Shown here: in pieces, positions 1 to 10,139 of the stretch
How positions within the stretch are numbered: the first letter of the stretch is position 1
Layout: each line of letters starts with the position of its first letter
Source of the DNA: an uncultured virus (IMG/VR IMGVR_UViG_3300047400_000175)
Taxonomy: Duplodnaviria > Heunggongvirae > Uroviricota > Caudoviricetes
Direction: 5' to 3' (one strand)
DNA: 64,000 nt
IMG/VR virus record: IMGVR_UViG_3300047400_000175
Program-made: the position numbers and the translations under genes
Notes under the pieces: generated by a model
The model's database searches: none
Seen by the model: the letters and a program-made list of their open reading frames with translations, nothing else
Told to the model about the DNA's origin: nothing

Positions 1-111
1 ACTTAATTCTCTGAGTTTATTTCTAATTAAACTAAAGAATTGAGCATTAGTGTACATACCTCCCCCAAATGGTCTTTCATTTCCCTCCCTTTGTTTTACT
101 TTCTTCTTCAT
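1..111 (-). CDS. 5' part of a conserved phage protein, probably HNH-type endonuclease (runs off window)
   Basis: Manual translation MKKKVKQREGNERPFGGGMYTNAQFFSLIRNKLRELS, open to base 1; the T.A.FFS.IR..LR..S pattern recalls crAss-like HNH proteins. Confidence 0.45.
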   Translation of the reverse strand, partial: MKKKVKQREGNERPFGGGMYTNAQFFSLIRNKLRELS

Positions 112-532
112 TTATTCGTTTATTAAAATATTCAACATAACTAGGTAAAAGTTTTTTACCGTGGTCATTAAAATATTTTAATATATTTTTAATATGGTCA
201 ATATCTAAATCTTTGAGTAATATCCATTTTGTCTTTGGAAGTTTTAAATTATTTTCATCAAAATTCTGTCCCCAAAATGCAATATCTCCAAAGTCTAATT
301 TATTATGTTCTATTAACCATTTATCTTCTTCTGTATAATACCAAAATCCAGGAACATTCTCAATCATATTAAGATTAACCAAAGCTTGTGTTAATCTTAA
401 ATCAGGATGTTGTTCCCAGTATTCTTTTAAAACATTCATATCAATAGTGGCTTTAGGTATTTGTAAATCATCTAAAAACTCACCAATATCTAAATGCTTT
501 AAAACAATAGGTATTCTTTCTTTATTTCTCAT
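77..532 (-). CDS. hypothetical protein
   Basis: ORF track 77..553; ATG (MRNKERI) preferred over the upstream alternative start. Confidence 0.7.
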   Translation of the reverse strand: MRNKERIPIVLKHLDIGEFLDDLQIPKATIDMNVLKEYWEQHPDLRLTQALVNLNMIENVPGFWYYTEEDKWLIEHNKLDFGDIAFWGQNFDENNLKLPKTKWILLKDLDIDHIKNILKYFNDHGKKLLPSYVEYFNKRINEEESKTKGGK

Positions 533-774
533 TACTCTTATCTTTAACAACAAATATATTAGGAGTATCTGTTATAACTATTTTTCCTTTATTTATAACA
601 GGTTGTATTACGTCTTTCATAAATTCATTGAAGTTATTAACGGATTCAAAAATTAGTGTTATTTGATTCATTTCCAACATTGATATATAAATAATGCACT
701 AGCTATTATTATAGCTGCTAACCATGTAGCATTTACATCTACATTGTAGATACCATCTACTTTTTTAATTTTTA

Positions 775-1221
775 TCATATTCCTAATTGTTTCATTAATA
801 TTTTTAATTCTGATTTATTTTTAATTTCTCCCCTAAATAAACATTCATCATTTTCATACACAGAAAATATTCTATCTGATATTGTATATAATCCAGAATA
901 TTCCATCCCTCCCTTAGAAAACTCATATTCTATAAAATTATCATCTTCAAAATTTATTATTTTAAAATCTAATAAATTTGATAAACAACTTTCAATATCT
1001 TCTTTATTAAGATATTTAACTCTAAATAAATTTTCTTTTAATAGTTGATATTGATTTGTAAATTCTCGTAAATACAAATTTTCACCAATCATTGTTTTAA
1101 TCCAGCCATCAGGTGCTTCAAAATAAAAGTGCTTGTCTTTAGAATTATAAAATTCACATTCAAACCCAACGTGAAATTCTTCTATTTCTGGTATATAATA
1201 TTTATTTTCTTCAGTTTCCAT
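775..1221 (-). CDS. hypothetical phage protein
   Basis: 148-aa ORF, KYYIPEIEEFHVGFE N-terminus, in the - strand operon. Confidence 0.75.
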   Translation of the reverse strand: METEENKYYIPEIEEFHVGFECEFYNSKDKHFYFEAPDGWIKTMIGENLYLREFTNQYQLLKENLFRVKYLNKEDIESCLSNLLDFKIINFEDDNFIEYEFSKGGMEYSGLYTISDRIFSVYENDECLFRGEIKNKSELKILMKQLGI

Positions 1222-1607
1222 ATATAGTCTTTATCATTAAAATAATGTATTCTCTTCAAAAAATCTAAATAATTCTCATTAAATTTGAAATGTTTAACTT
1301 CCCAATTATGATAATATTTAATACAAGATTTATATGAATCAAAATACATTGTCTTTCCATTTAACATAAATCCAAATAGATTATGTTTTTTAATACAGGC
1401 TTCTGATTTAAACCAACCTGTTTCTAATATAGCAATTCTTAATGTTACTTCAGGAAAGTATATTTTTTGATATTCCATTTCTTCTTTAAGACATTTTGGA
1501 GATAATTCGCAATCATCTTTAAATCCAAATATAACCCATAAAAGAAATATAGCAACAGCAACAGCCATTAAAAATTGTATAATGTTTCCAAATTTTTGTA
1601 TATTCAT
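1182..1607 (-). CDS. membrane-anchored glucosaminidase-like (GH73-like) peptidoglycan hydrolase
   Basis: N-terminal TM helix; AILETGW catalytic-Glu motif, HNLFG and F.S...CI..Y motifs. Confidence 0.7.
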   Translation of the reverse strand: MNIQKFGNIIQFLMAVAVAIFLLWVIFGFKDDCELSPKCLKEEMEYQKIYFPEVTLRIAILETGWFKSEACIKKHNLFGFMLNGKTMYFDSYKSCIKYYHNWEVKHFKFNENYLDFLKRIHYFNDKDYIWKLKKINIIYQK

Positions 1608-1987
1608 TATTTTTTTGCTTTTAATATTTCAATTAACTCATCTATACAAGCTGATTCCACTTCTTCATAAGTTTTATCTTTTATCCAGTTCCAAGGCAAT
1701 AACTCACCATCACTTAAATAAATCATATGATACCATTGATTTTCGCTTCCACTCCAATTTCTAATTTCAGGAACAATTTTATATTTATCTCTAAACCATC
1801 TAAATACTTGTTGTTTGAGTGGTGCTAAAACTTCCCTATACTTAAACTCTTTAGAGTACGAACATATGTCTATAAGACTAATAGTGTGATTGCCATTGTT
1901 TAAAGTCCACAAACCAAAGCATTGCTCATCAAATCCAAGTTCTTTTAGTGCTAATGCTTGTTCGTATGTTACAAATTCTTTTTCCAT
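1607..1987 (-). CDS. hypothetical Bacteroidota-phage protein
   Basis: EFVTYEQALALKELGFDE...APLKQQVFRWFR pattern; coupled to neighbours. Confidence 0.8.
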   Translation of the reverse strand: MEKEFVTYEQALALKELGFDEQCFGLWTLNNGNHTISLIDICSYSKEFKYREVLAPLKQQVFRWFRDKYKIVPEIRNWSGSENQWYHMIYLSDGELLPWNWIKDKTYEEVESACIDELIEILKAKK

Positions 1988-1988
1988 A

Positions 1989-2843
1989 TTAAAATATATA
2001 TCTTATTGTGTTCCAAGGAATTATGCTGTCATGCAGCTTAGTCCATTCTTTAATATACTGAGCTTTCAAGTTATGTTTATACCTAATGTTTTCTCCACCA
2101 TACTGTGATATCTTACCTTCTTGTATTTCAGGTCTCCATAATAGATTTTCTCCTAAAAAATTATTGGCTAAGTTATACTGATGTTTACCTTCATTATGAG
2201 TAAGGAAGATCACTTCAGCCTTGACTTTGTCTTTGTTTTCTACTATACTTTGTACTGATTTGAATAATTCATCATATTCTACTAACCAATCATCTGCTAC
2301 TATTACAGGAGAGAAGTTAATGTGCACATCATAACCTGTAACAATAAATCTATCAATGGCTTTTATTCTAAGATCTATTGGTGTAGTATGTGGCTCAAGT
2401 ACATTAGCATATTTTTGGGGCATAAGACTAAATCTTATTCTAATCTTACCCTCAGGATTATACTCTAGCAGTTTTTCATTTACATACTTAGTAGCAAATG
2501 AGCCCATAGCCAGGTGATGGTTTTTAAAGAAGTCAAATATTTTGTGCCAGTCATGGTACTTAAAATGTAAAGCAAAATCTTCATTACAGGAGATGTCATA
2601 AGTAACATACTTTTCATGTGTTTGATTAGGCTTTTCTACATCAGCAAACCAAACATGATGATCAATAGCTGTAAGTATATCTGCTGTGTTAGTAGCAATA
2701 TCCAAACCTTTTGGCTTATGTCTTTTCATGTAACAGTAACTACAATTATATAAACAACCATGACCAAAGCTTGGACTGATATAGTCTGTTGACCTACCAC
2801 TAGGTCTTATAACCATACTTTTTCTAATTACTTTTCCTACCAT
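1989..2843 (-). CDS. spore photoproduct lyase family radical SAM protein
   Basis: GCLYNCSYCY (CxxxCxxC); DISCNED, FATK, RIRFSL and INFSPVI motifs typical of the SPL family. Confidence 0.85.
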   Translation of the reverse strand: MVGKVIRKSMVIRPSGRSTDYISPSFGHGCLYNCSYCYMKRHKPKGLDIATNTADILTAIDHHVWFADVEKPNQTHEKYVTYDISCNEDFALHFKYHDWHKIFDFFKNHHLAMGSFATKYVNEKLLEYNPEGKIRIRFSLMPQKYANVLEPHTTPIDLRIKAIDRFIVTGYDVHINFSPVIVADDWLVEYDELFKSVQSIVENKDKVKAEVIFLTHNEGKHQYNLANNFLGENLLWRPEIQEGKISQYGGENIRYKHNLKAQYIKEWTKLHDSIIPWNTIRYIF

Positions 2844-2934
2844 ATTATTTTATATTATCTAAATAGTAACTTTTAACATTTTTTATACATTGTATATAAG
2901 GTTTTCCAACCAATTCATTATTAATTTACTAAAA

Positions 2935-3990
2935 TCAAATACATTCATTTAATAATATTTTTGTTTTTTCAATTCCATACATTTTAATATAATCACTTAA
3001 ATCCTTACATTTAGATTCTATAGGAATAAATATTTCTTTAAATCCATAATTAATATTAATTTTTCTAGAAGATTTAATACCTTGTTCATCATTATCATAA
3101 TTAACAATTATTCTATTAAATCTTTTTAATAACTTATCTATCAATTCTTTAGGGACTTTATTAGCCTCTCCTTGTAATGATATAGCATTATATCCTAATA
3201 TATTATACACCATACAATCTTTAAGGGATTTTGTTAGAATGAGTAAATCTCCAATCCAAGGAAGTTCATCATATCCCTCAATATCTTCTGAACTACCGCC
3301 GCTGAATAACCACTTTTTATGTTTTTCTTCGTAAGGAAAATATATTTTATAAGATATTTCACCTCCTGGTTTTATAAACTTATAAGCATACATTGGATTG
3401 TTATCTCTATGAGAAAACTCAATCATTTTATCACTTTTAGTATATAAAAATACTTTTTGACAAGGAATGACATTGTATTTTTCTAATAAATCAAATGTAA
3501 TATAATATTGACCCCAATATTTATTATCACATAATCTCCAATTTCTAGAAGAAATATATATTTTTGCTTTTAATGGTGTTTTTAGCTCATCAGAGACACT
3601 TTCATAACCTATTAAGTTTTCTGGTTTACAAATAGGTATAATCTTATTAGAAAGTTTAAAATCGTTAAATATAACATTTAAACATTCTGAATATAGAAGT
3701 CCATACTTCTTCATTATATATTCAATAGGACTATAATGTTCTCCTGAACCAAAGTCTTTATAAGCTAACTTATTATTAGGTTTAATATAAATATAACAAC
3801 TAGGATTTCTATCTGTTCTTAATTCAGAACAAAACTTTTTATTTATTTCTTCAAAATTAGAACAATAATATTTAAATAATTCTAAATCAGAAATATTATC
3901 AATTAATCTTTTGTCTATATTTGGAATTATATTATCGGCATTAAACATAACTAATTGATTTATAATATAATAGGCTTGACGATATTTCAT
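2935..3990 (-). CDS. DNA primase (TOPRIM), crAss-type
   Basis: N-terminal S.LR.D..PSC...YKDFG; TKSLKD, YDND..G and KDLSD motifs; true start may be MFNADN. Confidence 0.85.
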   Translation of the reverse strand: MKYRQAYYIINQLVMFNADNIIPNIDKRLIDNISDLELFKYYCSNFEEINKKFCSELRTDRNPSCYIYIKPNNKLAYKDFGSGEHYSPIEYIMKKYGLLYSECLNVIFNDFKLSNKIIPICKPENLIGYESVSDELKTPLKAKIYISSRNWRLCDNKYWGQYYITFDLLEKYNVIPCQKVFLYTKSDKMIEFSHRDNNPMYAYKFIKPGGEISYKIYFPYEEKHKKWLFSGGSSEDIEGYDELPWIGDLLILTKSLKDCMVYNILGYNAISLQGEANKVPKELIDKLLKRFNRIIVNYDNDEQGIKSSRKININYGFKEIFIPIESKCKDLSDYIKMYGIEKTKILLNECI

Positions 3991-4114
3991 TTATTGTGCT
4001 TGAAAACTTAATTCACTACACTATATGCTAATAAACTCACACTTAGCTTATTTTAGATACTACAATTAAAAAATCATAGCAATAAGCACCTATTTACATT
4101 AATTTATTCTAAAA

Positions 4115-4669
4115 TTAGAATGGAAGATCACTCTCCTTTGCTCCATTAGGAGTCATTGTATTATTAGAAGCTAAACGCTCATAATATTTAGGATTCTTCT
4201 CATCCCATACTAACAAGTTACTACCATAAGGTGCTGTAGTATATAATTCAACAATACGACCAGTAGAGCCATCTTTTTTAATATATTCTTTAGCACTAAA
4301 CAAACCTTCAAAAGGTTTATTATTTACCATAGCATTTGTTAATTGTTTAACAAGGTTATCGATACTATCAGCTTTCAATATTTTATTTTGTTCATCTACA
4401 GTATAACCCATAGACATCAAAATACCCTTTAAGAATTTAGCACTAACATTCCAAGCACTTGTTTGCTTACCCTCATTTACTTTAGTATTGAGATACATCT
4501 TCTTTGTCTGAGAAGCTTGTCCTTTTGAATTAATTGTCTTCAATTGGATACAAGGACTTCCATTAGGAACTGTAACTGTTACTACTTCAGTAATTCTCAC
4601 TTCTTTTTCTACACCTGGTTGTTGATAATTACCAGGTTTTTTTACTTCAACTTCTGTTGCGTCAAACAT
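4115..4669 (-). CDS. single-stranded DNA-binding-like protein
   Basis: C-terminal SDLPF tail; located between Sak4-like ATPase and primase. Confidence 0.55.
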   Translation of the reverse strand: MFDATEVEVKKPGNYQQPGVEKEVRITEVVTVTVPNGSPCIQLKTINSKGQASQTKKMYLNTKVNEGKQTSAWNVSAKFLKGILMSMGYTVDEQNKILKADSIDNLVKQLTNAMVNNKPFEGLFSAKEYIKKDGSTGRIVELYTTAPYGSNLLVWDEKNPKYYERLASNNTMTPNGAKESDLPF

Positions 4670-4698
4670 ATATTTATTTTATTAATTTTAATTTATTT

Positions 4699-5436
4699 TT
4701 ATTTTATATACACTCTATCCCAATATGTCCTTATACTACCGTCTTCTTGAATTTCAGATAATATAATTTCTTTATTACTAAGATGTTCTGGTCTTGCCCC
4801 ACAAGTTACTTCGTCATTGGATTTAAATGAGACAATCATTTGCCCTCCTTTACGATAAATATAACCTATGGCATCAGCATTAGCACATATTAAAGATTTA
4901 ATTTTTCCAGTCAAATCAATATTAGCAGGCATAACTAATTCTCCTTTATCATCTACAGCTTTATCTTTTATATGACCTGCTAATATAATATTCTCAGCAA
5001 GAGTATCTATATAATCCAATACTTGAAAAAAAGCTTCTCTTATATAAAAATATCCTGCACCATTAGGTAAAGTAAGAATGTTATCCCCACTATATCTGGC
5101 TCCCATTGGAGTTTTTTGATATAATTTGATAGCTAATTCTCCAACCATATCCTCTAAAGCAGTAACGGTATCCACTGTTATATATTTATATGGTTTACCT
5201 GCTTTTTTAATAGCTTCTCCAATTTTTTTCAAATCAGCTACACACGATGCCTTAACTTTTAAAGCATCCAAATAATCACTACCATTCTCCAAATCAATAA
5301 TTAGATTATTATCAAGCCCAGCAAAGGCAGTAGTTTTTCCAGCTTTTGGCTTAGAATATACTACTAATCTCTTAGGATTAACTCTATTACTAACTACTTT
5401 CTTAGTAGGTAAGATTAATTCATCTGTTTCTGTCAT
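4699..5436 (-). CDS. AAA_24 / Sak4-like ATPase (recombination/annealing)
   Basis: Walker A SKPKAGKTT; IIDLE.G; VDTVT; GAGY; ADAIGY. Confidence 0.85.
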   Translation of the reverse strand: MTETDELILPTKKVVSNRVNPKRLVVYSKPKAGKTTAFAGLDNNLIIDLENGSDYLDALKVKASCVADLKKIGEAIKKAGKPYKYITVDTVTALEDMVGELAIKLYQKTPMGARYSGDNILTLPNGAGYFYIREAFFQVLDYIDTLAENIILAGHIKDKAVDDKGELVMPANIDLTGKIKSLICANADAIGYIYRKGGQMIVSFKSNDEVTCGARPEHLSNKEIILSEIQEDGSIRTYWDRVYIK

Positions 5437-6500
5437 TTATTTAATTTATTTATTCTATCAATAAATTCCTGGTTAATGTCACCAGGATAAGGTAATTCTT
5501 CAAAATTACCAGCTTCTGGAATAAAAAGTAAACCTAAAGACATTCCGTCTCTAGATAAACGATTTTTAATTATTTTTAACAATCTAAATCTTTCTAGTAA
5601 ATTATATTTCGCTCCTTTAATATTAATGTTGTATCCAAGACAACTTTCCATATCTAATTTATAAGCATTCATAATTCCTAGAACAACATCAGCATCGGTA
5701 TATGGGTTTCTAGAATCTTTAAAATCAGTTTGTTGAGGACTTATATCAACTCCTTTAAATTTAATACGTTCTATACTACTCAAACCATCATTAAATTGTT
5801 GTAACCAAATGATAGTCATACCAAATAAATTTCTAAGTTTGACACTATACTCAGAAATTTTGTCTAAATTCTCTTTCAATGTAAATCCACGTTCTAAATG
5901 AAGAAGAGCCAAGTGATCTCCGACAATTACATTATATTCATTTTTATTATGTAATTCAAATCCCTCTATTCTCTTTTTATCTTCTCCATTCTCATCCTTA
6001 TATTCACTGTATTTAAAAGTACCTCTATTTGACATATGTTGCCAAGCAGATTTATAAATCCCAGTAGGATTAGCAGACTCCCATATCCAATTTATTTTAC
6101 TCCAAAGTTTTTCTAAATCAGGAATTGTATTCTTTACAATTTCTAATTCATCTTCATTCAATCTAAAGTCACCAAGACCTTTTATTTTCTCAGGTGTTAT
6201 TATAATGTCATATTTTTGATGTATTAAGACACTAAGCCAATTAGCCTTCTTACTTACTTCATTAATCTCTAAAGAATAATAAAATACATTAATAGGCATA
6301 TTTTGTCTTTCGGCATCTTCAATAGCATTAATTAACATATAATCAGCTAGAGTGGTCTTACCACTACCGCTGTTACCTCCGAGAAGATAGTAACAAGATC
6401 TTTGTAAACCAAAGATATATTTATTTATTCTATTAAATCCATTGGAAAGTCCTTTATAAACACCAATTTGACCTTCTCTAACTCTTTCTTCAAATGTCAT
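5433..6500 (-). CDS. DnaB-like (SF4) replicative helicase
   Basis: Walker A GNSGSGKTT; YSLEI; DHL; QQFN; DADVV; IKNR. Confidence 0.85.
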   Translation of the reverse strand: MTFEERVREGQIGVYKGLSNGFNRINKYIFGLQRSCYYLLGGNSGSGKTTLADYMLINAIEDAERQNMPINVFYYSLEINEVSKKANWLSVLIHQKYDIIITPEKIKGLGDFRLNEDELEIVKNTIPDLEKLWSKINWIWESANPTGIYKSAWQHMSNRGTFKYSEYKDENGEDKKRIEGFELHNKNEYNVIVGDHLALLHLERGFTLKENLDKISEYSVKLRNLFGMTIIWLQQFNDGLSSIERIKFKGVDISPQQTDFKDSRNPYTDADVVLGIMNAYKLDMESCLGYNINIKGAKYNLLERFRLLKIIKNRLSRDGMSLGLLFIPEAGNFEELPYPGDINQEFIDRINKLNK

Positions 6501-7084
6501 ATTCTATTGTGTTCATTAAAATCAGAAACATCAGAAACATCATTAATTTCCTTTGCCTCATCAATATATCCTTCCCAATTTCTTTGATGTAAAAATGCAG
6601 GAAGAGCTTGTATAAATTCTACTGAATTACCTTCCTTTTTATCTTTAATATAAAGTTTAATACATTTAAGTATTAAATTATGTAAAGAAACATCTATCTT
6701 TACAGTATCTTTATACAGCTTCCTGCATCTAGCCATATCTGTATGTAACACTCTTTTAGCCCCATTTGGACCTTTAATGCTTTTAGGATATGTGTTTTTA
6801 AGTTCCTCAAACAATTTATCAAAATCAAATTCTTCTTTTAGAAATTCATTTTGAAATAATTCTGTTAATTTTAAGGAATTAAATGTAATTTGTTCATTGT
6901 TTAAAGGAACTAGATATTTTTTATTAACTAAGTTCTGATAAAATTGATAATTAAGTTGTTTACTTATTGCATATTGTTCTAACCATTTTTTATTAGAATT
7001 AAATAAACAAGATAATACAAAATATTCATCAAAAGTTAAATCAGAATTTAATAATTTAGAAACATCTACTGTTAATTCCTTCAT
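6497..7084 (-). CDS. putative replication initiator / helicase-loader-like protein
   Basis: F..L...YP and FL.QR.W motifs; directly upstream of the helicase. Confidence 0.5.
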   Translation of the reverse strand: MKELTVDVSKLLNSDLTFDEYFVLSCLFNSNKKWLEQYAISKQLNYQFYQNLVNKKYLVPLNNEQITFNSLKLTELFQNEFLKEEFDFDKLFEELKNTYPKSIKGPNGAKRVLHTDMARCRKLYKDTVKIDVSLHNLILKCIKLYIKDKKEGNSVEFIQALPAFLHQRNWEGYIDEAKEINDVSDVSDFNEHNRI

Positions 7085-7287
7085 AATTTATCATATATTA
7101 TTTTAACATCTTCAACTAGAAGATTTATCTCTTCCAGTTCAAGTATTCTTTCTTTTGTCACCTTTACACCAAATTCTATTAATAAATCATCTACTAATTT
7201 TTTATAATCTTTATATTTACTTTCATTATAATCTTCTAAGATCTTAATATACATATTAAGTTCTTCATCAGTAATTGATTTCTTCAT
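7081..7287 (-). CDS. hypothetical protein
   Basis: 68-aa ORF with ATGA overlap to the next gene. Confidence 0.7.
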   Translation of the reverse strand: MKKSITDEELNMYIKILEDYNESKYKDYKKLVDDLLIEFGVKVTKERILELEEINLLVEDVKIIYDKL

Positions 7288-7429
7288 AATTAAGGTATTA
7301 TTATACTAAAACATAAAATATCAATAATCCAAAGATATTCACTTGATCTATCGATATGTAAAAATAAACTCCAAGATCTCAAATCAATTAATACTTCTAG
7401 ATGTTCTTTTCTTACTAACCATTTCATAT

Positions 7430-9340
7430 TCAAAATAAATTTAATTGTCTATCTATTATATTATCTATTTCTTTATAACATTCTTTAATGTAGTAATTAT
7501 AATTAACATCATATTCTTCAAACGGAAGTTCTATATATTTATTAAAAATAGTTACTTTATATCCAACATGTATAAATTCTTTTGAACCTTTGTCATAGTA
7601 TTTAACAAAAGTATCTCCATTATTAGAAATGTAATATCTTACATTCTTTTGTTGTTTTACAATTTCTTCATAAGGCATTCCACAATGATTGTATGCTAAA
7701 CAATGTGTTTTCCCTATAGAAGTAGAAAACTTCTGTCTTCCACAAAAATCATAAATATCCTTATGAGCATATATTGTTTGCTCAACAGGAATATTATTAA
7801 CAAAATATTCTCTTAATGCTAGAGGTATAATTTTAAATGAATTATCTTTATGATAAGCTGGTTCAGAACCAACTACTTTATCAACTTCAAATCTACCTTT
7901 AGTTTTAATTTTACCATCACTTGTAATTCCAATATAATTATTTACGTCTCCTATTATAAGTTTTTGATAATCAACAAATTCCAATGTTAGTTTAGTAATA
8001 TTTTCCCATTCTTTACATATATTATTAAACATATTAATAGAATGTTCATTATTAGGAATTAATATTTCTCCACCATCAGTATTCAACATAAGCATTTTAC
8101 TATCTGGAATATTAGAAAGTTTCTCACATAACATAACTAAAGATAGTTGTCCACCCAAAGTTATACTCATTGTAAACTTAGGATCATATAAAAAACTAAA
8201 TTCATCATTCGATTTTCCGTAAACACTATTAGCGGACAGCTTAAATGCATCAGAAAGTATCATATTCTTGGCTTTTTTAGCTTCCAAACGTCTATCTACA
8301 AGAGATTTATATACATCTACAAATATTTCTCCTAAATGTTCAGGAAATAATTTGTTTTGTATAGATAAACTAGGATATAATGAGCTTACATCAAACGACT
8401 TTATAATAAATTTTTCATTACTTTCATAAATTCCTGATTTTGACACGCCATGAACACCACCTAACCCAAAATCATACTTAAAGCCTTTATAAATTACTGA
8501 TTTTTCAATAGCTCCTTTAGTTTCAACAACAATTTTACTTTTAAAGAAATTTAACAATTCATTAAATTCTTTACTTTCAAATTTAATATATGAAAGAATA
8601 ATGTCATTTAACACTATTTCTTTTCTATTAGAGCGTAGATCTTTAATATCTGATATGTCTATTTCAGAAGCTTCAGAATAAAGCTTTAAAACTAATTGCT
8701 CACCTATTTTACTATCGCTCCAATTTCTACAATTAATATTAAATTGTTGTCTCAAAGAATTTCTAAGTTCTATTTTATTTTTAGATTTTAAATAAAACTC
8801 ATAAGTAGCCATCACATCATTAAGATTATATTCTAATATTTCATCAACTTGAGAAATATTAATATTCTCTTCTTTGTGAGAAATTGGCATATCCATTACA
8901 TTAGGATAATTCATAGAAATTTCTAATGATTTTAAATTAGTACTTCTAGCTTTATTATTATAATGCCAAAGTCTAAATAAATCTAATTGAGGACAAATCC
9001 AATCTTTTTCAGAAATTATATGAGAATACTCTTTATTTCTAGATTTATCAATACATTCTTGGGCTTTCAAATATAATTGATTTATAACATGTTTAACATC
9101 TAGTAATTGAAACGACTTCTTATTACACCAAAAATAATGTAAAACAGGATAATCAAAGCTTATATTATTAAAACCAATCATGCCTTTACATAAAGACAGA
9201 AAATCAATTAATTGCTTAATATCATTTCTATCTTTATGTAATACATATTGTTTAACTTCTGAAGTATTTATATTAAAAACTGTTAATGTAAAACACGATT
9301 TAAGTGTTTCAATATCAATAACATATACTTCTTTATTCAT
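7430..9340 (-). CDS. polB: family B DNA polymerase with 3'-5' exonuclease
   Basis: Exo DIET, FN..FD and YN.ND; polymerase motifs DVSSLYPS, KLSANSVYGK and NTDG. Confidence 0.92.
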   Translation of the reverse strand: MNKEVYVIDIETLKSCFTLTVFNINTSEVKQYVLHKDRNDIKQLIDFLSLCKGMIGFNNISFDYPVLHYFWCNKKSFQLLDVKHVINQLYLKAQECIDKSRNKEYSHIISEKDWICPQLDLFRLWHYNNKARSTNLKSLEISMNYPNVMDMPISHKEENINISQVDEILEYNLNDVMATYEFYLKSKNKIELRNSLRQQFNINCRNWSDSKIGEQLVLKLYSEASEIDISDIKDLRSNRKEIVLNDIILSYIKFESKEFNELLNFFKSKIVVETKGAIEKSVIYKGFKYDFGLGGVHGVSKSGIYESNEKFIIKSFDVSSLYPSLSIQNKLFPEHLGEIFVDVYKSLVDRRLEAKKAKNMILSDAFKLSANSVYGKSNDEFSFLYDPKFTMSITLGGQLSLVMLCEKLSNIPDSKMLMLNTDGGEILIPNNEHSINMFNNICKEWENITKLTLEFVDYQKLIIGDVNNYIGITSDGKIKTKGRFEVDKVVGSEPAYHKDNSFKIIPLALREYFVNNIPVEQTIYAHKDIYDFCGRQKFSTSIGKTHCLAYNHCGMPYEEIVKQQKNVRYYISNNGDTFVKYYDKGSKEFIHVGYKVTIFNKYIELPFEEYDVNYNYYIKECYKEIDNIIDRQLNLF

Positions 9341-10139
9341 TCTCTAAAATTTTTTTTTCTTTTAACGATTCATCAATAGAATATTTTAATTCATTAATTT
9401 TAACTTTATATTTATTTGTTAAATGCGCTAAATCTATTTTAAATTCTTTATCAAACTTATCAAATACAAATTGATGGTGTTCTTGATTAAAACATAATTC
9501 CCTATAACAAGAAGCATCTGATAAATGAAGCCTATCGTAATTAAAATCTAAAGTATTTAAAAATCCTTTAAAACTAATTGAACTTTTATAAGAGATATTC
9601 ATTCTATTATAATATTTATAAAATAATTCTTGAAGATATATTTGATTTGTCTCCCAATTAGCATTACTCATAAACTCCATAGCCATTTGAATATTAGGAG
9701 TATTTAGGGATTTAAATAATTCACTACATTGATGAAATAATTCTAAGTTACCTTCATATTTATAAAGATATTTATATACATCTTCTACCCAAATAAATTT
9801 AGTATTTGGATATATATCAATTATATCTTTAATTTCTGTAAACCAACCTAATACTCTATTCCTATCGTAATTTCTCCAATTATAATCTTGTCCATAATTA
9901 TAACATTTTGTTTTTAAAATATTATTTATAACAACAATATCTGATTTATTTACATCTCTTTTTATTTCAAATCCAGCATCTCTTAATTTAGATTGACTTA
10001 TCTTCTTATCTAATAAAAATAATTTATTATTTTTTATGTCTTCTTTTGTAATATTAATTTCAGAGATAAAATCATCTGTTGATTTTTTATCTAAAACAAA
10101 ATACCAAGATTTATTATTTAATTCTATCGGTAATGTCAT
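9333..10139 (-). CDS. MoxR/vWA-associated protein (long form, carries shared motif)
   Basis: Contains ELFKSLNTPNIQMAMEFM; paralogous to 10136..10966. Confidence 0.75.
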   Translation of the reverse strand: MTLPIELNNKSWYFVLDKKSTDDFISEINITKEDIKNNKLFLLDKKISQSKLRDAGFEIKRDVNKSDIVVINNILKTKCYNYGQDYNWRNYDRNRVLGWFTEIKDIIDIYPNTKFIWVEDVYKYLYKYEGNLELFHQCSELFKSLNTPNIQMAMEFMSNANWETNQIYLQELFYKYYNRMNISYKSSISFKGFLNTLDFNYDRLHLSDASCYRELCFNQEHHQFVFDKFDKEFKIDLAHLTNKYKVKINELKYSIDESLKEKKILENE

